From contig JBODTK010000011.1 in assembly GCA_050613775.1 (NCBI GenBank), forward strand, positions 1,178,001-1,242,000: a stretch of 64,000 bases of DNA. Reading direction: 5' to 3'. The DNA is from Neocallimastix sp. 'constans' (Eukaryota). A program made the position numbers and the translations under genes. This document shows, in pieces, positions 11,370 to 25,706 of the stretch (within the stretch, counting starts at the first letter, position 1; each line of letters starts with the position of its first letter). The notes under the pieces were generated by a model. It saw only the letters and a program-made list of their open reading frames with translations. It was not told the DNA's origin and ran no database searches.

Positions 11370-12368
11370 TGTAAGAATCTATAATTATTTTTAACAAAAT
11401 AATTATATTTTCTTAGTTAGGTTATAATTAATATAACTTTTATTTAACTCATATTTCATTTATACAATTAATTATAATTAATAATTTATTTAATTATATA
11501 TTAAAATTTTATTTAGTTTAATATTAAAAATTTATTTAATTAAATAATTTTTATACATTTAAAATAATATTAAATTTATTTAATTATTCACTTAATTATT
11601 AAATTTATTAGTTTTAGTTTTCTCTCACTTATTAAATCATAAACTAAAACACTATTCTGTATTTTATCATGTATTCTGTATTCTATCATGTATTCTGTAT
11701 TGTATTAATCATGTATTTTATTATTAATGTATTGTTTTATATTTTTTATGTAAAGTTCTATAAAATAGAACTAAATAGATTAAATTTTAAATTTTATGAT
11801 CGAAATAATTTTCATTATTTTATTCTTTTATTTTCGATCATTATATTAGATTAAGTAATCGGTTAATTAAGGTTTTTCCAATTACTTCTTAAAAGTAATC
11901 GGTTTTACTTAATTAACGCGATGATCGATATGGATAGAATATCGATCAAAAAACTTATCTAGGTTTTTCTTCTAGTCTTTTCCTAGATAAGAGATTTGTT
12001 AAGATTAGAACCCCTTTTGATTTTAACCTTATTTTGACAAAAAAGTATAAATAAGGCTCTTGAGTTCTCTTTGAGAAATCAAGAGTTATTATTATAACAA
12101 TTATAATATAATAATAATAACAATAAGTTTTAACATTTAAAATTTTTAATAAATAATAAAACAAATTATTTTAATAAAACAAATTTTATAATTAAAACTT
12201 TTCCTTATCAATTTTAGTGTTTCGTCTATTATAATTCGTTATAATAAACTCGATAATTAGAAAGAACCATAGGTAAGTATGATTCTTTTTTAAACCTTTA
12301 ATATTAGCAGTTAGAGCTAATATTAATGACTAATAATTTAATTATAATTTTTTAATTAAATTATTACA
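11370..12368 (+). repeat. 5' LTR of element C
   Basis: Direct repeat of 17841-18819 plus a ~19-bp tandem duplication near 11660; TATA gtataaata near 12045. Confidence 0.93.
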
Positions 12369-12380
12369 ATAATAACTCTT
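12369..12380 (+). promoter_or_regulatory. Self-priming PBS of element C
   Basis: ataataactctt is the exact reverse complement of aagagttattat at 12081-12092, just downstream of the LTR TATA box; no TGG-type tRNA PBS. Confidence 0.8.
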
Positions 12381-12754
12381 CTTAGTATAGTTTAATAGAA
12401 TAGTTAATTAATTTAATAATATAATTAATTTCTAGAATCAAGTAGTGCAAAATAATTTAGTGTAGTACAATAAAAATTTTTATGATTAATAATAAATAAA
12501 ATAATATAAATTATATAGAATAATCTAGAAATTAAAAAAATAAATTAATATATAGTAAATAAATTAAATATTAAAATATAAGTAGATAATATTAGTAAAT
12601 CAGATCAAAAATCATTAATTAATAATTTAGTATAGAAATTATAAGAATAAATTAATATAAACCATAAATTAAATATTAAAAAATAAGTAAATAGTAATAA
12701 TTAGTTGGATAAATAATTAAAATCATAAAAAATTAAAAGAATAGATATATAGTA

Positions 12755-13130
12755 ATAAATAATAATAAATAATAATAAATAATAATAAATAATAATAAAT
12801 AATAATAAATAATAATAAATAATAATAAATAATAATAAATAATAATAAATAATAATAAATAATAATAAAATAATAATAAATAATAATAAATAATAATAAA
12901 ATAATAATAAATAATAATAAATAATAATAAATAATAATAAATAATAATAAATAATACTAAATAATACTAAATAATAATAAATAATAATAAATAATAAATA
13001 ATAATAAATAATAATAAATAATAAATAATAATAAATAATAATAAATAATAATAAATAATAATAAATAATAATAAATAATGATAGTAAATAATAAATGATA
13101 AATGATAAATGATAAATGATAAATAATAAA
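12755..13130. repeat. (AATAATAAAT)n low-complexity tandem repeat in the leader of element C
   Basis: Directly visible 10-bp and 7-bp units. Confidence 0.9.
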
Positions 13131-13628
13131 AAATTAAACAACAATAAATAGCAATAATAAAATAAATAATAACAATAATAAGAACACATAAATACACTAA
13201 CATATGTTTACATGATTTTAGGGAAATAGAACTGGAAGAAGTAGGCCAAGGAAACAATATAGAAGAACCAAGACTTAGTACAGACCTTAGAAGCAGAAGT
13301 GTGTTAGCATCTAGGTAACAGTTTCCGGATTAAGTTTATCTGTCACAGGCAGCGATCTGGGCAGCTCTGGACTGGCCTATCCGATGTGTGGTAGGTTGCA
13401 ATCGTGGTGTACGCGGGAACATGACACCAGTAATAGGCAAGCTGCTCCCGTCATTAAGTACATACTACTGTTTAATGCTAACGTGCTTCTGGAAAATCGT
13501 CTGGAAATGCTTGAGTATTTTCTTATTTAACTGTTTTCTTTCGCCAAAACTTCTTAACTATGACCTTATAATCATAATAAACATATATATATATTTCATA
13601 GTTAATATAATTTATAATTTAGGTAAAA

Positions 13629-16600
13629 ATGGAATCCAATAGTAATAACGCCCAAATTCCAAGTGAAGTTGAATCCTCAAAGCTTATAACAGCTTTAACA
13701 GAATTTATTCCTACCTTCTTTTCCGCCAACGGAGTGTTATCCAAGGACTTAGCTGATAACAACAAACATAACGTTAATGAGCTCCTGGAACAGAGTGAAT
13801 TGTTTTTTAAAAAACATCCCAACTCTTTTTCCACGGACGACTTAAAAATTTCTTATGTTATCAGCATGTTACATGGACCTCCAAAGAAATGGGGACTTTC
13901 ATTGAAGGCTGATGGGACTTTAAATTCGTTAAGCTATGACACCTTTAAAGATATTTTGATAAGCAATTTTGGGGATACTAAAGAACAGAAGGATGTTCTT
14001 ATTGAACAACTTCTAAACTTAAAACAACTTCATTTAGGAAGAGCCGCATTATATACTATTGAATTTCGAAGGTTAGCTGGACGTATTGGATGGCCGGACG
14101 ATGTATTCATTGACCTAATCAAAAGAGGTCTTCTTGAGGATGTTAAAACAGAGTTCAATAAATTAGACAAACCTAAAAGTTTATTTGAGGCAACAAATTC
14201 TATTATCAATATTGATAGAAAATGTTTACTTAAGCAAAAAGTAAAGACCAATGACTACAAGCCAAAGAGTAGTAAATCTTTCAAACGAAAAAGAAACGAA
14301 ACTAACATGACCGAAAACAAATTTAAACGCAATAAGCACCATAAGGGACGAGACAATGGAAGTATTTTATCAGCAAATTACACCCCAAGTCATAATAATA
14401 AAATGACTACAACTTTCTTGTTAACCGTTAATAACAAAAAGATTAAAACCAGAATCCTTATTGACTCGGGCTCTGCTAGAAGTTATCTCTGCAAAAGCTT
14501 CGTAACAGCAAACAAAATTCCTTATTCAAACCTCTCAAATACGATCAATGTAAAACTTCCTAATGAAAAGAATATGGCTATAAAACAAGTTACAAAACGT
14601 CTTAAGCTTACTTTCATGGACCATACGGAAACATTTGAATTCTTTATAGCCAATTTACAACTTCAAGACGTATCTGCAATCCTTGGAAGAGATTGGTTAA
14701 GCCTTCATTCACCTTACATTGATTACAAAAATAATAAAATTTACTTCTTGGAAAGCTACTGTAAAAACCATTGCCCTTCTGCTAAGGGTAATAGGTTTGT
14801 TTTCCATTCATCAGATATTACTGCTTCTCTCTTACCCAATAATGTACAGAAGGAAGAAATTCCTCTTGACTCAATAATTCCAGATTCCATACCTGAAGAC
14901 GAACTTAGCGATATGAACATTTGCGCTGCTTTAGTTCACAATAGTGAAATTAAGAATACCAAAAGAAATAAAAAAATAATTAAAAAATATTATTATGACC
15001 TTTGTATTGTATTTGAAAAGAAAGAAGCTGATAAACTCCCTCCACACCGTGTTTATGATATTTCCATTGATATAGTTCCCGGTGCCCAACTTTATTTTGG
15101 ACCAATTTATTCGTTGACTGTTGAAGAAAAGAAGGCACTTCGTGAATACATTAAGGAAAACGTTGCTAAAGGATTCATTAGAAAATCAAAATCTCCTGCT
15201 GGTGCCCCGGTGCTATTTGTTAGAAAACGTGACGGTTCTCTTAGACTTTGTGTTGACTATAGAAAGCTCAATTCTATCACCATTAGAAACAGTTATCCAA
15301 TTCCTAGGATATCTGATTTGATAGAATCGTTTAAAGGTGCTATTATTTTCTCTCGGCTTGACTTAAGATCTGCCTATAACTTAGTTCGTGTCAAGAAAGG
15401 CCATGAATACCTTACTGCTTTTCGTACTCCTTTTGGTCATTTTGAATACCGTGTAATGCCTTTTGGTTTACGTAATGCACCTTCGGTTTTTCAACGCTTC
15501 ATCCAAGACATTTTTTCTGATGATATTGGCTTGTTTCTCTTTGTCTACATAGATGACATTATAATATATTCGAAAAACCTTACTGAACATATTAAACATG
15601 TTCATCATGTCCTTTCCTTGTTAGTCAAAAATGGTCTCTATGTAAAACTAGAAAAATGTGAATTTCACGTTCCTGAAACTACTTTTTTAGGATTTGTTGT
15701 ATCAATAAATGGCCTTTCTATGGATAAAAACAAAGTAAAATCAATTCTTGAATGGCCTACTCCAAAAAACATGAATGAACTTCAAAGTTTCCTTGGACTC
15801 TGTAACTACTATAGGAAATTCGTAAAGAATTTCGCCATAATTATGGAACCCTTAAGAATACTCCTCAAGAAGAATAACGAGTTCAAATGGAATGATGATG
15901 CTGAGAATGCCTTCAAAAAATTAAAACTTGCTTTTACCACAGACGAAATCCTTATCTACCCCGACCCAGAAAAGGAATTCACTGTTGAAACTTATGCCAG
16001 TGATTTTGCTGTGGGTTGCATTCTTTCTCAAATCAGTGACAAGGATAACGAACTTCACCCTGTCGCTTTTCATTCTAGGTCTTTGTCATCTTCTGAATTA
16101 AATTATACAATATATGACAAGGAACTTCTCGCTATTATCACCGCTTTTGAAACCTGGCGTCACCACCTTGAAGGGGCTAAGTTTCCTGTTCAAATCATTA
16201 CCGATTACAGGAATTTATTATATTTTAAAAAGTCTCAACATTTAAACCAACTCCAGATAAGATGGAGCCTCTTTCTTTCTAAGTTTGACTTTAGGATTTC
16301 GTTCAGACCTGGATCAAGGTGTGGTAAACCAGATTCGTTGTCGAGACGTCCGGATTATAAATCCGTGGTTTCCCTCCACAACAAAGACCGTCCTTTATTG
16401 GATGATAATGCCTTTTGTTGTGCAAACACTATTATCAGTAGCTTGATTGATACCCAACCGACTGACAAATTTTGTGGATCAAGGAGTAGTGAACCAGATT
16501 CGTCGTCGAGACGTCCGGATTATAATTCCGTGGTTTCCCTCCACAACAAAGACCGTCCTTTATTGGATGATAATGCCCTATGTTGTGCAAACACTGATAA

Positions 16601-17831
16601 TATTAGTAGTTTGATTGATGCCCAAACGGCTGACATATATTGCAAATCTATTTTAGAAAAGATTAAAACTAAGTCAAACACAGTTAAAAGTTCTTTATTT
16701 TCTTTAAATGAAGGGGTCTTACATTTCCAAAACAGAATCATCGTCCCATCCACTTTAAGAGAGAGCAAGAATTTTGAAATCTTTTCATGACTCACCCACC
16801 AACGGACACCAAGGTATTGACAAAACTCTTGAAAAAATCAAGAGATACTACTGGTGGCCTAATATGAAGAAAGATATTCATAATTATGTACTTTCTTGTT
16901 CAACTTGTGCTAGGTGTAAAATTCGTAGACATAAACCCTACGGAAAAATTCAACCGTTGCCTGTTCCCAATAAACCATGGAAATTATTGGGGTTGATTTT
17001 ATAGTTTCGTTACCTAGTTCACAAGATTGCACATGTATTATGGTGGTTTCGGATCACTTAACAAAGATGATCCATTTAGTTCCTTGCTCCGACGTCCCTT
17101 CCGCTGACCTGACCGCCAAGATGCTCCTTTACAACGTTTTTCGGTATCATGGATTCCCTAAAATCATTGTCTCTGATCGTGGCTCCCAGTTCTCTTCTGA
17201 ATTTTGGACCTCACTCTGCTCAGCTCTAAATACTAAGCCAAGACTCGCTACTGCTCATCACCAACAAACAAATGGTCAAGTCGAAAGGGCTAATTCCGTA
17301 ATCGAACAATATTTACGATGCTACTGTTCTACTGCCCAAAATGAATGGTGCTTTTATCTACCTCTTTGTGAAATGGCTTATAACAACTCATTTCACAAAT
17401 CTATAAACATGTCGCCTTTCTGTGCAAATTATGGTTTTAATCCAGTATGCAATATTGATTCTCCTCCTGTTCTTTTAAAAGATAATGTCTCTGTACTTAC
17501 TAGGGATTGGTCTGCCCATTTTGATGCCCTTAAAAAGCACTTTATCAAAGCTAAAGAAGATTTCAAAAAGTTTGGTGACTCTAGGAAAGCTTCTGGTCCT
17601 ACTTTCCATGTTAACGACATGGTTTGGTTGAAAAGGTATTACTTCTCCAATGAACCTGCAAAAAAGCTTTCTAACCAGTATCTTGGACCCTTTAAGGTCA
17701 TAGAAGTGAGGAAAAGAATGAACTACCGGCTTGAATTACCAGAAAATCTTCATTTACACCCGGTATTTCATATCTCGCAGTTGGAGCCTTATACTGAAAG
17801 AGACATAGGATTAAAGGAACCATCACCATAA
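13629..17831 (+). pseudogene. gag-pol of element C, frameshifted in integrase
   Basis: LIDSGS protease, YIDD RT, RNase H TYAS in place of TDAS; integrase split over 16774-17004 and 16977-17831; ends GPF...HPVFHISQLEPY without a chromodomain. Confidence 0.9.
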
Positions 17832-17840
17832 AGGGAGCAA

Positions 17841-18819
17841 TGTAAGAATCTATAATTATTTTTAACAAAATAATTATATTTTCTTAGTTAGGTTATAATT
17901 AATATAACTTTTATTTAACTCATATTTCATTTATACACCTAATTATAATTAATAATTTATTTAATTATATATTAAAATTTTATTTAGTTTAATATTAAAA
18001 ATTTATTTAATTAAATAATTTTTATACATTTAAAATAATATTAAATTTATTTAATTATTCACTTAATTATTAAATTTATTAGTTTTAGTTTTCTCTCACT
18101 TATTAAATCATAAACTAAAACACTATTCTGTATTCTATCATGTATTCCGTATTGTATTAATCATGTATTTTATTATTAATGTATTGTTTTATATTTTTTA
18201 TGTAAAGTTCTATAAAATAGAACTAAATAGATTAAATTTTAAATTTTATGATCGAAATAATTTTCATTATTTTATTCTTTTATTTTCGATCATTATATTA
18301 GATTAAGTAATCGGTTAATTAAGGTTTTTCCAATTACTTCTTAAAAGTAATCGGTTTTACTTAATTAACGCGATGATCGATATGGATAGAATATCGATCA
18401 AAAAACTTATCTAGGTTTTTCTTCTAGTCTTTTCCTAGATAAGAGATTTGTTAAGATTAGAACCCCTTTTGATTTTAACCTTATTTTGACAAAAAAGTAT
18501 AAATAAGGCTCTTGAGTTCTCTTTGAGAAATCAAGAGTTATTATTATAACAATTATAATATAATAATAATAACAATAGTTTTAACATTTAAAATTTTTAA
18601 TAAATAATAAAACAAATTATTTTAATAAAACAAATTTTATAATTAAAACTTTTCTTTATCAATTTTAGTGTTTCGTCTATTATAATTCGTTATAATAAAC
18701 TCGAAAATTAGAAAGAACCATAGGTAAGTATGATTCTTTTCTAAACCTTTAATATTAGCAGTTAGAGCTAATATTAATGATTAATAATTTAATTATAATT
18801 TTTTAATTAAATTATTACA
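17841..18819 (+). repeat. 3' LTR of element C
   Basis: Direct repeat of 11370-12368, preceded by the PPT. Confidence 0.93.
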
Positions 18820-18827
18820 CTTTGGTG

Positions 18828-19422
18828 TGATGCACCCATGAAAATATAAAATTCAGAGTGAAGAATATAATATTATAAAATAGTTTAATAAATTAGATTA
18901 TTAATAAATTATTAAAAAAAAAAAAAAAAAAAATTTTTTTTGTTTATTAATTAAAAAATTAATTAAATTTGTTTAGGATGTATATATTAAAATTGATTTA
19001 TAAAAAAAAAAATAATAATAATAATAATAATAATAATGAGATGATGTAGAGGAGATTATAATTCGGAGATAAATAACATATTTCAAGAACGGAGTTAAGA
19101 TTAAAAATTATAGAGTTATAAAAGAGATAACTAATAATTTAATATCCTATAATATTGAAATATAGAATTTTAGAATTATAATAAATAAAATATTTTTATT
19201 GTATTTATATAAAAAAAAAATTGACAAAATTATAAAAAAATATCTTAATAATAAGAATAAATAAAAGTTATAAAATTTAAGTGTTTATTCAATCTAGAAT
19301 AATTTATTTTAACAAGTGAAGTGTCAATAAGCCCATGGTACAAGCACATACCAGCTTTTTGACAAACGATTCTATTATCTTAATTTGAAGTTATTACTTC
19401 AAAAGTGATAATAGATGTATCA
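18828..19422. mobile_element. Putative solo LTR (G type)
   Basis: tgatgc...tgtatca termini, abutting neighbours. Confidence 0.5.
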
Positions 19423-19426
19423 AGTT

Positions 19427-20185
19427 TGATTTAATATAAAATTTAATATAAATGAATTTGTTTTATTATTATTAATAATTAAGTTATTATTATTCTAGCT
19501 TAACACTGAATTGTTATTAATTTTTCAAAATTATACATTTATTTTGTGTTTGGTATTAATTTTTATTATTATTTATTAATTTTTATTATTATTTATTAAT
19601 TTTTATTATTATTTATTAATTTTTATTATTATTTATTAATTTTTATTATTATTTATTAATTTTTATTATTATTTATTAATTTTTATTATTATTTATTAAT
19701 TTTTATTATTATTTATTAATATAATATTTGGTTATTATTTTTTTATTACATTTCTAATAACAACGAGAAATTAATTTTATAAAATATTTACAAGTATTTA
19801 TATTTTTACAATAATTTAAAGTATTTACAATTTTTAATAATAAAACAATTAAGAATAATTATATTTATAAAAATAAACAATAAAATAAACAATTAATACA
19901 AGAATTATTATAAACAAAGAATTCAAAATAATAAAAAAAAGAGAGAATTGTTTACAAACTATTTACTTTTAATTAAAAAGAGAAATTAATTAACATTAGT
20001 ATTTCATTATTTTAAAAATTAAAATAGAATTAAAGTATAATTTCGAGTTTTAGAATTTAATCAAAATAAATTTTTTTTATTATGATTTTAATTTCAAATT
20101 TTAATTTATTAATTTGTTGTTGAATAGGTTAGATATTATTCAAGCTTTCTAATAATTTTATGCTTAAGAATTCCAATCTGTATCA
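19427..20185. mobile_element. Putative solo LTR with an internal 20-bp tandem repeat (about 8 copies, 19556-19720)
   Basis: tgat...caatctgtatca (same end as 48220); partly similar to about 24230-24400. Confidence 0.5.
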
Positions 20186-20189
20186 CTTT

Positions 20190-21007
20190 TGTTAAGGTTT
20201 TAGAGAATTAAATAAAAATAAAAGTAAAAGACACACAAATTTTTTTATTTGTTTATTATTTTATTTATTAATTTTATTAAATTTATTTGATTATTTTTAA
20301 AAATTGGTAGCAAAATTTACAACTATTTATACTTTTTTTCAAGGCATAAAAGTTGTTCTTGCCACTAAATTTCATTTTATTTATTTTTTTTATAAAAACT
20401 ATTAAATTTAAATTGAATTTTATAATCAATTATATAAAATTTAATTATAACAATATAAATAAAATACATTTATAATATTAATAAAACCTTTTTTTTTATT
20501 TTATTTTATTTTTTTTTTAAAATATCTAAAATATTACTAATAAGAATTTATTTAATTGGCTATAATTTTTATTACAATCTGTTAAAATATTCAAATAAAA
20601 ATAAAAATACTATTCTAATATAAAGGTTTTTAATAAAATAAAATATTTTTCAATATAAAATAAAACATTTCGATATAAAATTTTATAATAAAAGTTAAAA
20701 TATAATATATAAATTTTTAATTATCAATATATAAAAATATTATTAATACAAATTTTCATTATTAATATAAAAATAAAAAAATAAGATTTATTATTAATAT
20801 TGCTAATATAAGTTTTAAATATATAAAAATATTACTATTAATATAAGATTTAATATAAAAATATAAAGTTTAATATAATTTTTGATTTAATTTTTGATCT
20901 TTGGATTTAAAAATTTATTAAAGTACAAAAATAATAATGTACACATAATGTATTAGAAATAAATCGTAGATTTAATTAAGAATGCATTATTTGGTACATT
21001 CTTATCA
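20190..21007 (-). mobile_element. 3' LTR of element D (family F)
   Basis: Minus strand reads tgataagaatg...aaccttaaca directly after pol; homologous to 34282-35005 and about 51810-52266. Confidence 0.85.
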
Positions 21008-21025
21008 AGATGCCCGGACGAAGAC

Positions 21026-22995
21026 TCAAGCTTCTCTGTAAGCGGAGTTAAACTTTACTAAATTTTTAAAGTGAACATTCCTATCGAGTTGCTTTCCAGT
21101 CTTCTGATCGATTAGGGTTGCCGTGTTGAATTGAATTTTTAAAATTTTAAATGGTCCATTGTAATATGGTTCTAGCTTAGTGCGACTAAAGTTTCTAACA
21201 AGAACAAGATCACCAGCCTTTAATTCTTTTCCTTTTTTCATACTTATTTGTTCTTCTCGTCTTGTTGCCCAATACTTGTTAGCATTCTTCACATTTTCGC
21301 ATGCTTCTCTAGTCCATTGATAATGACGAACAAATTTTTCAATTAAAATTTCATCATACGATTTACCTGCATTTTCAATTGTTCTTATGGCTATATTATA
21401 AGGCTGTTGGTCTTCTCTTCCATATACTAATTCAAAACTAGAATGTCCAGTAGCTGTGTTTTTGGTAGTTCGAAGTGCCCATAAAGCAGAAGGTAAAACT
21501 TCATCCCAATCTTGATTTTTCCTTCCTAATAAACGAAGTAATTTTCCAATTTCTTTGTTTCGATTTTCAGTAAGACCATTTGATTCAGGGTGGTAAGTAG
21601 CTACAAATTTAACATATACATCATAAAGATCAAGAAAGATTTTAGTCATATCAGAAGTGAATTGTACTCCATTATCAGTAGTAATAACTTGAGGCACACC
21701 ATGTCTTGCAAAAACGTTTATTAAAAATTTAATTATATCAGAGGAAGTTATGTTTTCAGTGGGTTCGGCTTCAACCCATTTGGTAAAGTAATCAACAGTT
21801 ACTATAATATATTGATTATTATTTCTTGTTTTTGGTAACGGTCCTATAATATCTAATCCTAAATGCACAAAGGGACCCTCTACTTTAGTCGGATGGTTTT
21901 CGGATGGTTCTGGATATGGTTGAGGACGATTTAACTGGCATTTTTCACAATTACTAACAATTCTTTTGATATCTTTAATCATATGATTCCAATAAAAGTT
22001 TTTCTTAAGTCTTTGATATGTTTTGTAATATCCTTCGTGGCCAATATTATGAGCTTCTAAAATTAATTTAAATTTTTCATTTTCATCCGTTATTAATTTT
22101 CTATAATTTCCATTGTCGATAAAGTAATCTTCACCATCAATAACAGTAAACTTTTCATTAATAAATTCCTTTATAACTTTAGATAATAATTCTTCATTAT
22201 TTCCATTAGTAATTTTTGTTAATAATATCTTTCTCTCTTCCTTACTTTTCATTCTTGAAAGAGCATCAGCTAACACATTCTTTTTGCCTGATTCATATTT
22301 TATATTAATTCCAAGCATACTAGTGGTTAGACACCATCTTGTTTGCCTTGCATTCAAAGGTTCTTTATTCTTAAATAAACCAACTAATGGTTTATGATCT
22401 GTGTAAATAGTTGTAGGTAATGGATTTCCTTCAATATAAGATTTAAATTTAGTCATACAGTAGAATAAAGCTGTTCCTTCCAAATCTGTGATACCATAAT
22501 TCTTTTCAGCTTTCTTCAAACTTCTACTTATAAAGTGTATTGGATGCTCCTTACCGGTTTCTTTCTTTTTGTAAAAGAACTCCACCAATTCCATTATACG
22601 AAGCATCAGTTCTAATGATAAAAGGTTTGTCAAATAACGGAAATTTTAGAATAGGTGAATTGATTAATTTTTTTTTTAGGAGTTCAAAGCTTTCTTGTTG
22701 TTCTTTATTCCATTCATATTTAGTATTCTTTTTCAATAATTTACATAAAGGTGAAGTAATTTGAGCATATTTAGGAATAAAGTCACGATAATATCCTACT
22801 GCTCCTAGAAATGATCTTAATTCATGAATTGATGAAGGGGCTTCCCACTTCTTAATAGCTGTTATTTTGCTTTCCATGGGACTTAATCCTTTAGTAGTAA
22901 GTTTGTGACCTAATACATCAACTTCAGTTTGAAGAAAATGGCACTTTTCAATATTAATTTTTAACTTGTTTTCTTTAAATACTTCTAATACTTGT
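21026..22995 (-). pseudogene. 5'-truncated, frameshifted pol of element D (close relative of element B)
   Basis: RT end, RNase H and integrase strongly similar to element B (ETGKEHPIHFISRSL, GPFVHLGLDIIGP); frameshift near 22560. Confidence 0.92.
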
Positions 22996-23690
22996 TTAAT
23001 AATAATTTAATAAAATAAAAAAATTAATTAATTAATTAATTAAAACAAATAAATTACACTTAAAAATTACATTAATACTCAGATATGAAAGAAATATTAT
23101 ATATTTTTCAAAATAAATATATTAAGATTAAATTTATAATAAAATAATTAGTTTTTATAATTAGTTTTATAATAATTTTTATAATTAATTTTATAATTAA
23201 ATAATAATTTTATAATAACAAAATTTATTAATTTAAATAACAAAATATTTTTAATTATTTTTATAATAAACAAATTTATTTATTTTATTATTAAATATTT
23301 ATTTTATAATTAATTTTATTACTTTTATTTTATTTAATTATTCTTTTTATTTATAAATTATAAATAGTTTATTTTTAAAGAAAAATATAAATGCTTGTAA
23401 ATATTTCATGTAAATATTATTATTATTATTATTATTAATTAATTTTATAATTTTAATAATCACTTTTAAATTTTATAATGTTTAATAAATTTTAATAAAA
23501 AAATTTATAAAATAAAATATTAGAAAACAAGTGTTCTAATAAATCAAATTTTTAGTGTTATTTTAAATAAAACATTTTTAATTCATAAATAACTTATACA
23601 GTTATTATTAAAATAAATTGAAATTATCACTTTTTAATTCTATATTAAAATTAAGATAATTTCTAAAATTTATCAGTTGCTTTGATAAAA
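22995..23690. repeat. Dispersed AT-rich repeat; inverted near-copy at about 63300-63990
   Basis: Shared strings such as taatactcagatatgaa, aagtgttctaataaatcaa and ataacttatacagttatt appear in opposite orientation. Confidence 0.8.
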
Positions 23691-24750
23691 TGTAATAATT
23701 ACCTTAATTTAGAAATTGTCCTAAAAGTGGTAATTGCTTATTAAAAGTATTTTATACCTTATTATTTATTAAATATTATCTATGATTATTTATTATTACT
23801 TATTATTATTTGTTATTATTTATTACTTTTTATTATTATTTATTATTATTTATTATTATTTCCTAGTTTAATAACTATTCTAATAATTATAAATTATTTT
23901 TATTAACTAAATTAATAATTATTTAATTATACACTAAATGAATTATCAATTTTCATATTTTATTAAATTTTTACTATTAAATATTTATTATTAACTTTAT
24001 TTATAATAATCTTATATAAAATAAGTTTTTATTAATTATTAATTATTTATTATAATAATTTTAAAGAATAAATTATTTTTACTATTAATCTATTCTAATA
24101 TTTCTAAACTATTCTAAATTATAGTTAAAATCTATAATTTTATTAAGCTATTTCATTTTATTTTTTTATTTAATTATAATGTAAAATAATTATTATTTAT
24201 CTTTATTAATTTTTATTAAATAATTATCTAATTTATTTTATTTATTTATTTTGGTTATTATTTATTATTTTATTAATTTAATAATTTAATAACAACGAAT
24301 AATAATTAAAAGAAATATTTACAAGTATTTATATTTTTACACGAATTTAAGGTATTTATAATATTAGTAAGAAAAGAAATTAAAAAATAAATATTTTTTT
24401 ATATTAAAAGAAATAAAAGAATAAATATATTATATTAAAAGAAATAAAAGAATAATTATATTTTATTATAGAAATAAAGGAATAATAAAGAAATAAAAGA
24501 ATAACAATAAAGAAAATTATATCGTTGATAAAAACAAGATTATTAAAAGTTATCTTTTAAAGTTATTATAATATTTTTCTTCTAAAAACACAATTTTTCT
24601 AGAAGATCAATTAATTTTTTTAATTTTAATTTTATTAAAGCAGAATTATTTAAGGTTCAGATAATTTTATCTTATTTAAGGTTAAAATTTAATTTTTAAA
24701 TAAATTTTATTATAATATTTGATTTTATAATTTCAATCTTCATCAATGAA

Positions 24751-25702
24751 TGATACGGGGTGTCACTAAATACCTTGTATTTCCTATTAAATACTCTTAA
24801 TAATAATAAAATAAAAAAATATTATTAAATCTTATTATTAAAATCTTCTATTAATACCAAATGTAATAAAAATATTATTAAATACTTTTATTAATTTCTT
24901 TTATTAATACTAAATATAATAAAAATTATTATTAAATATTCTTATTAAAATCTTTTATTAATATTAAATATAATAAAAATTATTATTAAATATTCTTATT
25001 AAAATCTTTTATTAATATCAAATATAATAAAAATTATTATTAAATATTCTTATTAAAAATTATATAAAATTTAAATCATTACTAATTCTTATTTTTATAC
25101 TAAGTGTAATAAAAACCTATTTCAATAAATATTTGATATAAAATACAGAAATTATAAGTTTCTGTATAATATTTTCTAAACCTTTGAAATAAACTAAAAA
25201 TAAAACAAAAATCAAAAATAAATTAAATCTTTATTAAAATAAAAATGAACTAAAATATAGAAGAATTTCAATAATAAAAATGATCTAAAATACAGAAAAT
25301 ATCAATTCTGTATAATTCTTTCTCTGAAAACAATATCAAGAAGAAGCTACCGCCCGGAATGCCCTTCGTGATACAATCTCCAAATTAATTTTTATTTAAT
25401 AAATGTTATTTTTTTTTTAAAAAAAAAGCAATTTAAAATAATAGTTAAAAATTAAAATAAAATAGTTATAATAGTTTTTTTTATAAAGAATATATTAATA
25501 ATAAATAAAATGTATTAAAATAAAAGTATAAAAAGAAGAATAAATTTCTTTCCTTTTAATACTGGAACAATTATTTTAATTTTAAATTTAAATAAAGAAT
25601 ATTTTAAAATTTAATTTTTTTTGTTTCCAAATTCATTTTTGTATGTTAATATTTATTTTTTTTTGTTTTGAATATCTTAGTGTTTCAACCCAAGCCGTAT
25701 CA
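24751..25702. mobile_element. Putative solo LTR or LTR composite (G type) with 54-bp tandem repeats
   Basis: Perfect 8-bp inverted termini tgatacgg...ccgtatca; possible second start at 25369. Confidence 0.55.
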
Positions 25703-25706
25703 CGCG

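Larger units (their letters stand above)
11370..18819 (+). mobile_element. Full-length Tf1/sushi-like Gypsy element C with two LTRs (family S), coding region damaged
   Basis: Near-identical LTRs at 11370-12368 and 17841-18819 (TGTAAG...TTACA), PPT aaagggagcaa, single gag-pol frame; flanks cttttt / ctttgg are not a perfect TSD. Confidence 0.95.

Noticed and set aside
12701..13257. Minus-strand ORFs rich in Y/I/L/F
   Set aside because: Translation of an AATAATAAAT tandem repeat
13388..13642. 84-aa ORF in the GC-richer leader of element C
   Set aside because: GTG start and no motif; more likely structured leader RNA
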